From assembly GCA_002633005.1 (NCBI GenBank), contig NMRA01000068.1, positions 18,526 to 82,525 of the forward strand: a DNA stretch of 64,000 nucleotides, read 5' to 3'. The notes below the pieces were generated by a model. The model was not told where the DNA came from and made no database searches. It saw only the letters and a list, made by a program, of their open reading frames with translations. The DNA comes from Phoronis australis (Eukaryota; Animalia; Phoronida). This document shows positions 39,421 to 51,100 of this stretch, in pieces. Position 1 is the first letter of the stretch, and each line of letters opens with the position of its first letter. A program made the translations under genes and the position numbers.

Positions 39421-42400
39421 CTCATGCTGTCCTAAAACAGCGTATGCCGGACGGGCGGATGGAGATGATGGCATAATGCGTCCACATATAAATATGTGGG
39501 AGCATTAAAAACAACAAAAGATTTTAACTCAAAACATTAGCCAAAGCCGCATGATTTTCAAAAGTGGTGCTGCATATGTTGGTATGTATAGTGCCATCTC
39601 TTAGTCACATACGTAACTGCCGCCTGAAGAACGAATATGAGTTCGTCGTGATTTGTTCAGTTGTTGTTTAACTCAATTGACCTTACGCCAACCAGAGGAT
39701 CGCTCCGCCTATGTCATGTGATGTAGAAGTCCGACAGCAGAGAATGGGTTCGTCAAGCAAGATCGGTGTGCTAAATGATATTCACGCAGACTTTGGCGAA
39801 CGTTATCTTCCCTATAATCTCGCCATGACAAAGACAAAAGGCAAACCTTCAGAAAAGGCTCCTATGGGAACAGGGTGAGGATTTACGTCGAGGACACCTG
39901 GCATGTAAACTGCCCTATGTTTTAGAAGTCAACACAAATCCAACGAGTCTCATGGAGTTGACATCAGCGTCAACAAAAACTGCACGAATGCGATTAAAAA
40001 TAGTAGCAAAAATCCTTAATGAATAACAGTTCTTCCCTTATAGCAAAGCAAACGTTTTACGAAAATATTGAGGGAACAAGAAACCTACCGGGCAGTAACT
40101 ATAACAGTTTAACCGAGAATTTCATGTCCTGGTCGAGCCGTGACAGACACACGTAACAAGTCGAAATTCAGAGTAATTGTAACCATTCAAATTAACATTT
40201 CAAAGGTAAGTGATTTTGATGAAGCAATACCAGTCTAACCCAGTCAGTACTTGAGTGGTGATTATGACCTTCGAACAGACAAAACAAAGCACACTTGCCA
40301 ACTGCGGAATGTTGCCAATCTGTTATTTTATATATCTGACTTGTATACTACGTACATGTCAACCAATACGGGTACTGCATATTTGCTTCGTGCTTGCCCT
40401 TTCTGTTCATAATAGAGTTTTCAATCCTTCGCTTTGGCTTTTACTGACAATCTTTGTCGAAATAATAACATTTCACGAGCCTCGCTAGACAGGGTCAAGA
40501 GGAGTTACGAAGGAATAGGAATAGGCCTATAACACTCACAGTCAGTACTAGATGTAAGAGTCTCTAATAGGTAACTTAGTAGGTAGGCATGCAATGCAGT
40601 TTGACTCTTGATTGACTGATTTGACTCGTTTTCGTCAGTGCTATGGAAATGGTTGATATGTATGGTTATAATGAACCAGAAAGTGATCGCAGATAGCCAA
40701 AGGGTCACACACTTAACAAAGCCGTAATCCAGAGCCAAAATTCCGATATTGCGAAGAAATATTTAAAACAGTGCATACCTTAGAACATACTTGTGTTTAG
40801 CTTTCAAGAGGTCAAACAATGTTGGCATGTTTTGATGGTTGGGAACCCTCTTTGTGCATCGAATACGCAAGTCCAGCTTTTTAGTGGGAAAGCACATCGA
40901 AAAAAGCGCTTATCGGGGTGCTCTTTGTGCGTTGACAACGCAAACTCGACATTTTTATTGAGAAAACGCGTTTTTACAAAAGAGAATCAGTTGTCTGGAA
41001 CATTTCATTTGTGTCAACAACGTAAACCAGACCCACTCATTGGAAAGCCCATATTTGTCACCAGGAACACTCTTTTTCACAACGCAGCAGATATTTCAAA
41101 TGAAATAGCGCATTTTTGAAAAAACTCCATCACTTGCCGAGAAACGTTTTTGAGCATCGGCAATGCAAGTCGAATATTTCATATTGAGAAAGCACATTTT
41201 TGAAAAGAAGAACCAACAATTGTCGGGAATGTTCTTTGTGCGTCGACAACGCACATTTATTATTGGGAAAGCCATTTTTTTAAAAAATTAATCGCGCAGA
41301 CCGTTTGAATCCCATTGACCAGCAATTATACTGCTATCAAATGACCGAGCCAGCAATGTTGATACTAAGACCGCTCATCGAAATGATGTACACCCACGAA
41401 ATTCGGACATGAGCGGAAACCCAAATCTGGAAGTTCAGAAACCACAAAAATGATGTTTCGCATGATTCGCCCAAGAATGAATTTTTTCTACTGGAATTAA
41501 TTTTGAGTGTCCGAAAATCGCGCGACTTTACCGTAAAACCCAAAATGCAATTTTGGAATGAGTTCATCATATTTTAAACTCAGTTGACTTAAATACCCTT
41601 ATTATTCTATTATTTACTATTTAATATTTTTGCAGGTTTTGGATTACTGGTTTTGTATTTTATAAAAACATGAATAAACTTATTAACTTGTAGAATGCAG
41701 ATATTTAAAATTATATCGTGACTCCTTCACACAAGGTAAATAGAAATCCACTATATTAAAGAAAACAAAGCCTAACGTTTCTTATAACCTTATAAACTAC
41801 CCAGTTAGGATGCAATTCTTTAAATTAGAATATGTCCATATAACATACCCACTTCTAGCAACACATAAGGAAATAGAATGACATTATGGCATTCTCCCAG
41901 TCAGTGACTCTACAATAGATAGAATGGTTGTGAGCCTGTGATAACATCTAGCTCCTTTGTTAACTGCCAAGCACAGTCTTTTGTCTGGTATGACAACATG
42001 CAGGCCAATCATCTACCAGGCTAGTTACCGACCACATGTGAACACAGTCTAACCCAGTGCAAGCTCCGCCCACTTGCATAATGTCGACAAACAAACGATA
42101 ATTTTAACCTGTGGCAACATGTTGTTTGTCCGGTAAAATGGTGCCTTTGTGACGAAGGTGTGTCAAGAACGATGCGTTTTGATTCGTCACTTAAGACGTC
42201 ACTCAAAGTCCTGGCGATAGGTCAATTGGTATGTTTGGAAAGAATAGATTATCATAACTTCGATTGTAGTTGGGCGATTTTGGTGTTTCAAAAACTAAAC
42301 ATGATCAGCATTTGATGAGGAATTCAGAAATACTATTGGTTTATGTTCAAATACCTAGCTTTAAATTTTACAGCACAGCCCATGCAGTCAGGCAATATAG

Positions 42401-44501
42401 GATATATATCTTATCATTTAATGAACAAAAGAGAAGTGACCCTCTAACCATAAATGCCAGAACGGAATTAATCATTATTGTAAGATATTAACTACAGGGG
42501 TCATCCTGACCAAACCTGTTGGGCTATACAACATCCAACAACTTGGGCTCAACAGGGGGATGGGAACCCACAGTGGTAAACAGAATGGTCACAACAGCAA
42601 CACACCACACATTGACCTTATTTTCAGTTTCAGTTCTCAATAAAGGTCAGATAAAAAACACTCCTCTGCAGGAAGTGGGTCAGACCACAGCCAACCTACT
42701 GTGAATTTCTGATAGTTAGCCCTAGGGAATGTCTTATGATCAATGGCACATTTTTGTCTTTCTGCTAGGCCAAACATTAAAACCCAGTGTTCTTTAGGAA
42801 GCACAGAGAAAATAAACAGGGTATATCGTATGTACAACTAAGTACAAGCAACTTGTACTGGAATGAAGACCATCACCTGAGTTTAGATATTTGACTGGGC
42901 CTGTTTGCAGAAAATACCAGTACTATACAACAACCTAATGCCATTGAACTGATGATTGATGCTTAGTTGAACAGATACTGGAATCTAGTACATACTGAGG
43001 GAAGACTTGGTTGAAGAGAGTCTACTGTGCAGAATTAACTACAATAAACAATGAATGTGATAAGAACACAGGTAGGAGAAATGCATTCATTGACTAAATA
43101 AGGCTTCTATATAGCTATATAATGTGGTCCGAATGCAGTTCGTGCGTTATTAGATTAACTAACTGCTGCATTCTTTTTCCATGAATATTTGAAGGACTTA
43201 GGCTGTTTTCGACCAAAAAAATAGCATTTTTAAAGTAATATTAAAATATTACTTTAAAGTGCTTTAAATATAAACATTTTATGACTACATTGCCAGCATC
43301 ATTAAACCATTTACAGCACTGCATACCATCCCAAACCCAGAAAATAGAAGAAAAACAACTTCAATTGAAAGTTTCTTAGCTCCACGGACATGTGATGTAT
43401 GAAAGTACCTAGCGCCAGTTTGTCACGTTCACAAGCATGCAAGTTTTTTGTAAATATGTGCCATATCCACGCTTCTCCAATGTCCTGCTGGAAAGTGAAG
43501 TTAAGCCACAACCTGGCCAAATACTAAGTTGTCACAACCACCACAAACCACACAAAACCCAATCATTACAGAGGATGAGTGCTGTGATCTCGATAGTCCC
43601 GATTTTAGGTAAAATGTATCGACAAATAAATGCTCTAACTCGAGAGCAGCCAACAACGTATTGTCACAGTGTTTGCGTGGGTTCTAATTTCACACTTGAT
43701 GGGCTGGTGGAGTTTCTTTTTGGTGTTCTCGATGTGAAATTGGTAATTTTAAACACATCCTACCCATGACAACAGTTGGTTTTTACAGTCAAAATACCAT
43801 GAGAGACAAATCCTAGAACTGAAAAGAAGCAGCCCTGAGGTTTGGAAGGGGGGGGGGACATCAGCCATGTCAATTTGGTGACAATTTGATCCTCTTTTAC
43901 TTGTTTTGGATGGAAATCATTTTCAATCATATGGAAGGCATCGAGACATGTTTATTTAGGGCAACTGAGGTTACAAAGTGTATGCATGCATCATGTTTCT
44001 TATAATGCAAGAAGAAAAAACCCTGTGACTACAATTTTTGAAATTTTCAATGTCTGTTGAAGTCTCCTTGACCTTTCATACCAAGGACACCTTGAAGTTT
44101 TGGTAGTGTCGGTCCATTTGCATGATTAACCTTCAACTTTCGAGTCATTGCAGTTATTGGTAGGTATAACCGTCAATACTGGCACATGTTCTGGTATTAT
44201 TTTGATAAATATTCTTCTGCAAATATTCTCTGTTCTAACCCTAAAAGCACTTCATGTCATTTATCACCTTGAAAATATTATGCCTGCATAACCTTCTGAG
44301 GGCATCACCATAAATAAAAAATAAATTAGATAACCCACCCATCATCAAATAGTAATGATTCAACTTCCTGGTAAATACCAAAGCCAGTCTAAAAGGTTCA
44401 CCTAACTTTGCTGTCGATGCTTCTCTAAAACAGGAAATAAGTTATGACCCACGCAGTGCTAATTAGGTCAAGCCAAAATCACAAACTAGAATCTTTTTGC
44501 G

Positions 44502-44692
44502 AACATTTTGTCCCGTCAGTATGCCATCTTTATGGTCACATCACGTCACCTAATGAATATAAGTCCAAAAAGATTTCTGCCCTTGACCGGGACTCGAACC
44601 CAGGACCTTCTGGTTACGGTGCAGTGGCTAGAGTGTCATCAGGTCATGTGATGTGACCAAAAAGATGGCGTGCTGACGGGACAAAATGTTTG
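44502..44692. mobile_element. short palindromic element (~57-bp arms) enclosing a tRNA-like B-box
   Basis: AACATTTTGTCCCGTCAG.A.GCCATCTTT.TGGTCACATCAC and its inverse; the spacer contains GGGTTCGAGTCCCGG on the - strand; absent from the paralogous site near 36600. Confidence 0.65.
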
Positions 44693-45071
44693 AAACATAT
44701 TTCCACTCCTCACTGAGAAAGATAAATTTTATACATAGAATTTTTTTGTTGAAGCAATAAATGAAATCCTCTTGGTTCAAACTTTTAAAAATTAAAACCG
44801 CTTGCTCACACAATTAAAACAATAACGCCAATGGATTTCATCCCAAAACATAATAGCCAAAACCATGAATTTCAAAGAAGGTGCAGCATGCGTTGGTATA
44901 TATGGGGCCATCTATTAGTCACATATACTAACTGCCACCTGAAAAATGAATAGAAGTTCATGGTGATTTGTTCAGTTGTTTAACTCAATTGTCAGAGCTA
45001 AGACCATTGAACTGGTGGAGCCTTCATTATCTCTGTTACACTGACCATAAATGTTTCACTTTCTTTTTCAG

Positions 45072-45114
45072 ATATTTTGCCTGGTGTTGGTTCTGGGTCT
45101 GTTGGTCAACACAG
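45072..45114 (+). CDS. paralogue 3 signal-peptide exon ([14 protein letters not shown])
   Basis: Long pyrimidine tract plus cag acceptor, gtagta donor, 43 nt, hydrophobic. Confidence 0.7.
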
Positions 45115-48100
45115 GTAGTACTTGAAGTTTGAGGCAAAGAAAATTACTATATTTTCTCTTAATTATCATCTGTCCCTAACAAGCAATCTACAGCAGAAAC
45201 TGAAGTGCACCTACCCATCTATCCAAATGCTATTTCTGTCAAATCAAATACTTGGTAGTTTGCATGAAAGAATTTTGCAACAAAAATGTGTTCAAATCTC
45301 CTGAAATTTGAACTATGTTTCTGATAAAATTACAATTTTTCATGTTCTCTGAAGTTCACTGCATCGCCTAACAATTGTCCAGAATTTTGTCATGTGTTAG
45401 CACGACAGATCTACATTACCGTAATCGTTCGGGTTAACGCCCATGCTCAGTTAACCGCCCATCCCCGACTTTAAGTAGATTTTCGATTTAACCGCCCACT
45501 GCTCGGTTAAGCGCCCCCCTGCGATTTTTGAAGATTTCCATTTAAGCGCCCACCTCTCGGTTAAGCGCCCATCCCCGACTTTTAAAGAATGAAGATTTAG
45601 CGCCTAGTGCTAAGGAAACGCGTGATTCCCCGACTTTTAGAAAAAGATCGATGATCACAATGAGTGCAACGACGCCGGGACTCCGAGACGGTGGTTTAGC
45701 AATCTGAATTACAATACAGGTAACGAGTTATTGTCTTAGGTCATGAACTCACTTCAAAACATAATACTCGAACCTTTTTGTCACTTTATTTTCTTCCCAT
45801 GTTTGCAAAGTTTAAGAACGCCGCCGCCGTCAAAACCTGCACTTTCAGCGACTTTGTCTGCCGCGCTGAGTTTTCGTCTGCAGTGCACTTGATAAAACAT
45901 ATATTCGAAAAAATCAGGCCAGAGAAATGAGACAATGGTTAAAAGTATATAGACACGCCCGTTTCTGTTACTTTAGGACTGTCGCTATTCTCTTTTGATG
46001 TGTGACATTGTAGTGGTGCACGCGCGCAAGTTCCCACACTTTGGAGTGCATGTTACCTTGACACCAACATGTGATTGACAGGTGACCCGCACGTAGGCCC
46101 TACGCGCGTGCTGAATCCCGCCGCTATCTTTGGCCATAAAAAACGAGATGCATATTGAAAGAGGCCATTATATTACTTGACGGCATTTCCAAGTCACGAT
46201 TGTCAGTGGACTGAGACATTGCGCGCTAACAACGGAACCGAACAGTGCCGCAGTGCGATATTGCAAGTGATATAAATAGGATAATCTGGACATCTTGCAT
46301 GAAAATAAATGTTTTTTCACCACGAAGTTTGGTAAGGTTATCGTTTATGAATTGAAACATCGCTGTTTTGTAGCGTTTTATCACATATTTATGCCGTGGC
46401 TCGAAATTTTATTCTTGATTGACGAGTGGCACACGGCCGCTTAACCCCGATTCTTGTCTTGGGCCTACGTCTTTGCCGAGCATGTTTGGCACAACGGCAA
46501 GTGAGCAATGCCGGGCAGTCGAGATAAACCAGCAAGCCACAGAACCATACGCTGAAAATGTCATTGAGTCACGGAGTGTTGACTATAAACATCCCAAACA
46601 CAAAAAAAAACATCTGAATTAAGGTTTTCAAACTTTTATTACAACCAATTTTAAACTGCTCTCTGACTATGAACTTGGCAGCTAGTACGAGACTGTAACC
46701 ATAAATCTGATGTCTGATGTGACCTCTGCAACACGTGAAGCTTGCACGCGCGCACTTTAGCAAGATGAAATAGTTGCAATCCAAGTAGAGGCTGCGTGGT
46801 CACTGGTCGTCTGCGCTCTACACTACAGGGCTAAATAACAAGACCGCAGGACGGCACGGGGCTATTACTCAGCAATTATGTAAATTTAATAGTGAATAAC
46901 TAATCTGAGGGCATGATAACCTTTGTTTGGATCATCCGCTGTAATGACATTTTCCCGTCATGTGGCGACGTGACGATAACGCGCTTTGAAAAGTGCTACG
47001 CTTTCCGAGTAGGTCTACGGCTACGTGTGTGGTGTGGGTACTTAGATCACGAGGTAAGATTAACCGCCCAGGGCGCTTGCCTGTCGTAACAAGCGCCCAT
47101 GTTCAGTTAACCGCCCATCCTGGATTTTTTGAAGTTTCACGTTTAAGCGCCCATGTCTGGTTAACCGCCCATCCCCGATTTTTTGGATTTGCCAATTTAA
47201 TCGCCCAGGGCGTTAACCCGAACGTTTACGGTAGTTACAACTTGCAATAGAAACAAGGAAGTCAAATTTTCTTTGCAGCTAGTTATGTTGAAAAGCCAGT
47301 TTAACTCTCAATCACAGGCAACACTGAGATTTATTAAAGATACCAAAATAATAGGATTATACAACAGACTGAACAATTTCCCAATCCAGAGTCAGGGAGT
47401 GCCTGTACATGTCAACTGATATGTGATCATTCATCCGGAAACAAAGGTGACCTTCCGACCCTCCTTGTGAAGAAAAAACAGGGCGGTTGACTTTATTTAT
47501 TTTTTATGAAAGAATTTTTATATACCGTAAATACCATAATCAGAGTGGGATAGAAGCTTTTGACTTTATGATCATCTCCCAGTCAAGCCATCAATGTGCA
47601 TACATATGCGCTGATATGTCCTCACAATATAATGGGCAAAAAAAATAAGTGCAGCATCTCTTTTTCACATATAATTTCCAAGAAATCGAGAACATACTTC
47701 ATAATTGCATGTGTTCAGCAGAAAATTTCTGACAATTTGGAATAAAACATATTAATTTTTATCTTAAGGTGAGAGAACACGGTTTCATGAAAATTCATTT
47801 CGCAAGTCACGAAAAGCAAGTCACAAATGATTTAACTGATTTCATGAACATGGCTTTAATTTGAAATGTCTTACAATGGGACATTCAGAGGATCACATTG
47901 GTTTAAAGATTAATTGGGTATAAATCTGAAAATGTTTTTGAAAATGTCTACACTGAAAAATAGGCCGTGATTTTCATATTCTATAGCTGGTAATTATTAT
48001 TCAAGTAAAAAATCAAATCAATTTTTCAGAAAATGAGGCCAAAACTAAGTCGAGTGTGTCTCCCTTTGAGAACTCGAAAACCATGTTTTCAGATCAAAAT

Positions 48101-51100
48101 TGTCAACCTAAAGGTCAATATGTTTACACTATAACTACAGACTGACTACCTTTAAGTCAATATATCGTTATGGGCTTAAGGATATATCCCAAACCTTATT
48201 CACAAAAATTGGTCATTTTTTACAATATTTCATGTGTCTAGCAAAATACCTTATGTTCATTCTCAGGGAACATCAAATACAAAATATACACAGTGTCATG
48301 AGAAAAAAAGAATTAGCAGAACCACCTCGGACCGCACAACAGTGTGGATATTTGTTTACTACTTATTCGAGGTCAAAGGTTACAGGGCTGTAACTCAAAT
48401 CGAATCTCCTGTCATGTACACAGCAGCTTTTTAAAAAAATTTTTATTCTCCCAGTTCAACATAAGCAAGAACAAAGGTCTGGGCTTCCCTTGCCTTACTT
48501 AACAATTCAATGAAATTAAAGTTTACTAAGTTAAATGTATTCTTGAACCGGATTTTAGAAATACAAAAGAAAAAAATATACAAGACATTAGTGTACTAGT
48601 TTATGGCTCTGAAAAGGGAAGAGAGTATTTTGGAATGATGAAATATCCTTACATTGCTATTAAATTATGCATTTGTAACCACCTGTTTGTAAATTTTTCT
48701 ATTTCTAAATTTTTTGAATAAATATATTTTTTCACAGGAGTAATATCTGTTAATTTCTTTTGTTAATATAATTAATTAAATTTGGAGGTTTACCATTGAG
48801 ACGTTGCTTATATAAATGGAACTTGCTAAGACACAAGATTAAATTTTGAATAGCGGATTTGCAGCGCAAACGAACTACGCATTGCGCATGTGCGAGTTAC
48901 TTCCTGCGCGAAGGCTCATGGGATAGCTTGTGGTCAGGCATGTCTTGAGCAGGCTGGATAGTGTGTGCATTTGGAGTGATTTTCAAACTAAAAACCATGT
49001 TTCATTTTTTGCTTTATAATACCAAGCAAGTCCTCTCTCTCGTTTGTAAACACAGCGTAGCTATGATCAGTAACCGTGTGACCGAGGGCACGACTGTCGT
49101 CATGTTCAGTATTGGGGCTATCGGCGTTGATTTCGAAATCTCCTCCGGTTTCAGACAAGTTTTTAGTTCTTGGATTGCTTAAATTTTGTAGCTTTCGCCG
49201 TGGATATGCTAGAGACGTTAATTTTAAGAGGAAACTCCGTCGGAATGTTGTTCTCATACGTCTTTTTTCCACCAGGAAAATGTTCGCTGCACACACGATG
49301 GCCCCTAGGCAATTACAACGCACTGGATGCCGTAGGCATTCAGGGGCGATAGTACATCCTCACAAAAAGTTACTCATTTCAAAATACAGCAAATAAAATC
49401 AAATGAACCATACGTATAGGAACACGGAGTTATAATTAACACATAACACGACTCTGGATACAATTTATTCAGCAAAACTTGAACAAATCGATGAAAATCT
49501 GTCACGGTTTGCTCGAGTCAAGTTCTCTCAGTTACCGGGTGCCATTTTGAGGAAGTCACATGAAATTACACATGTTGACGAATAAAAAGTCTAAGGGACA
49601 CACATCTTACAAGTTTCACCCGATACCTTCTCATGCTATTTTACAAGTGTCACGCGCTAGCGTCACGCGCTTCGCTGAGTCTCGCGCTAAACTTTGCCTA
49701 ACTCACGTGATTCAGTTGACATGCTATATGGTTATCGCGCACGGCAACCAAAAAAGTGAAGTTGTAATTCTTCGGCAAAGTCAACTTAATTCTCACAACT
49801 AAGCTTAAGATATGTATAGAAGTAGAAAGGACCAATGATGAAAGTAAGCATTTTTTAAATGCTAGTTTTAAGTGTAGAATGTATTTTTGACGAGGTGAAA
49901 ACTCGAAATCGGTAATCTGAATCTGGTCACGGCCCATTTAAAATACACTGAAGTAACGAAATGAGTACAGAAAGCGAATGGAAGTATTGTAGCCCCTATA
50001 TGGCCAACCGAGGGGCTACGTGTTGCCTACTAGATGGCTCCGTGTTGGTTTGAATGGGCTAAATCTCCCCTTACTCCCAGCTCTCCTAATGTTGTTTATC
50101 CATTTTTCACGAAGTTCTTGGTTTGCAGGGAACACGTAAAAACTCAGATTTTTATATCTCTTGTTGTTTTTGAAGCAGCCAGGAACACAACAAGTGTATC
50201 CGCCGTAAGTTTTCTTCGCGCTCATACCGCGTATTATTATGCTTGATACTATAGCCGGTTTCGGAATCCTGACCACAGCACCCACAATGCACCATTTTAA
50301 CCTAATTTAAATATGGCGTCGCTGCAAATCCGCTATTGGCTGGCTTCTACATCTGTTTCCAAAGAAAACTGTAAGTACATTTGTACCCAGGGAAATTTTT
50401 TTTTTTCTAACCCAATCTTCAACATCGTTCCAAAAATTTTGAACAACCTCACATTGCCAGTATAAGTGAAGCAAAGTCTCAGGTTCACTCTTACAAAACA
50501 TACACAAGGGGGACTTACTAACCCCAATTTTGACAAGATGTTACAGCTGATTATCTTATGTGACAGTCTAAATTGAAACCAACGAAGTTTCACATCAAGA
50601 GTAAAGTTAACAAAGTAGGCATTTTTCCACCATTTAATAGTGTCTGGTATAGCAAGTTCTGCCTGCCACCTCATCTCAGACCTAGGCCTAGAATATTTCT
50701 TTAGCACAAAAGTGTTGTATATATAGTTTTGTGCCCTTTTTGTTTGCAAGTAATAATTTCACAAAAATTGGGATAAAGGGTGCATAGAAGGAAAACTTGT
50801 ACCTTTTTGAGATTTTCCATTTTTGACAAACAGTCTCTTTGAGCCGATAAAAATTCAAAAACATTGGTCTAAAATTGAACTTTTTGCAAAAATCTTCAAA
50901 AGATAACAAATATCAATGCTCGTCTAGTAGGTCTGAGATATAATAAACACCCATTTCAAACACAGTTTCTAAAGGTACACAGCAGCTTCATATCCACCCT
51001 AGTCCTTTCATTTACCGAGTTGCCATAATAGTGAGTCAACGAAGTATACTTCTGATAGAAAGGTGCTGGGGAAAAAATAAAGACAAAACATAGTTTTGAT

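Larger units (their letters stand above)
33120..39682 (+). repeat. diverged segmental duplicate of 41730-44992 (region upstream of the paralogue-3 signal exon), with extra insertions
   Basis: Colinear matching blocks: 33500/42720, 33800/43063, 34015/43760, 34668/43909, 35180/44135, 36500/44387, 39530-39680/44845-44992. Confidence 0.8.
48600..50955 (-). mobile_element. 5'-truncated L1/Tx1-like LINE ORF2 3' end (zf-RVT region), interrupted at 48852-50334
   Basis: [14 protein letters not shown]..., [25 protein letters not shown] (CxxC..H...C), continuing past the insert as [23 protein letters not shown]; frameshifted. Confidence 0.8.

Noticed and set aside
40105-40205. Candidate first coding exon of paralogue 3 (strong AAG|gtaagt donor)
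   Set aside because: The nearby ATG is out of frame with a phase-0 donor; it could be a non-coding exon but is unsupported. The donor at 41735 has an in-frame stop just upstream.
43408-43490. Exon-like - strand segment as a missing TCF25 exon
   Set aside because: None of the frames resembles the TCF25 C-terminal motifs.
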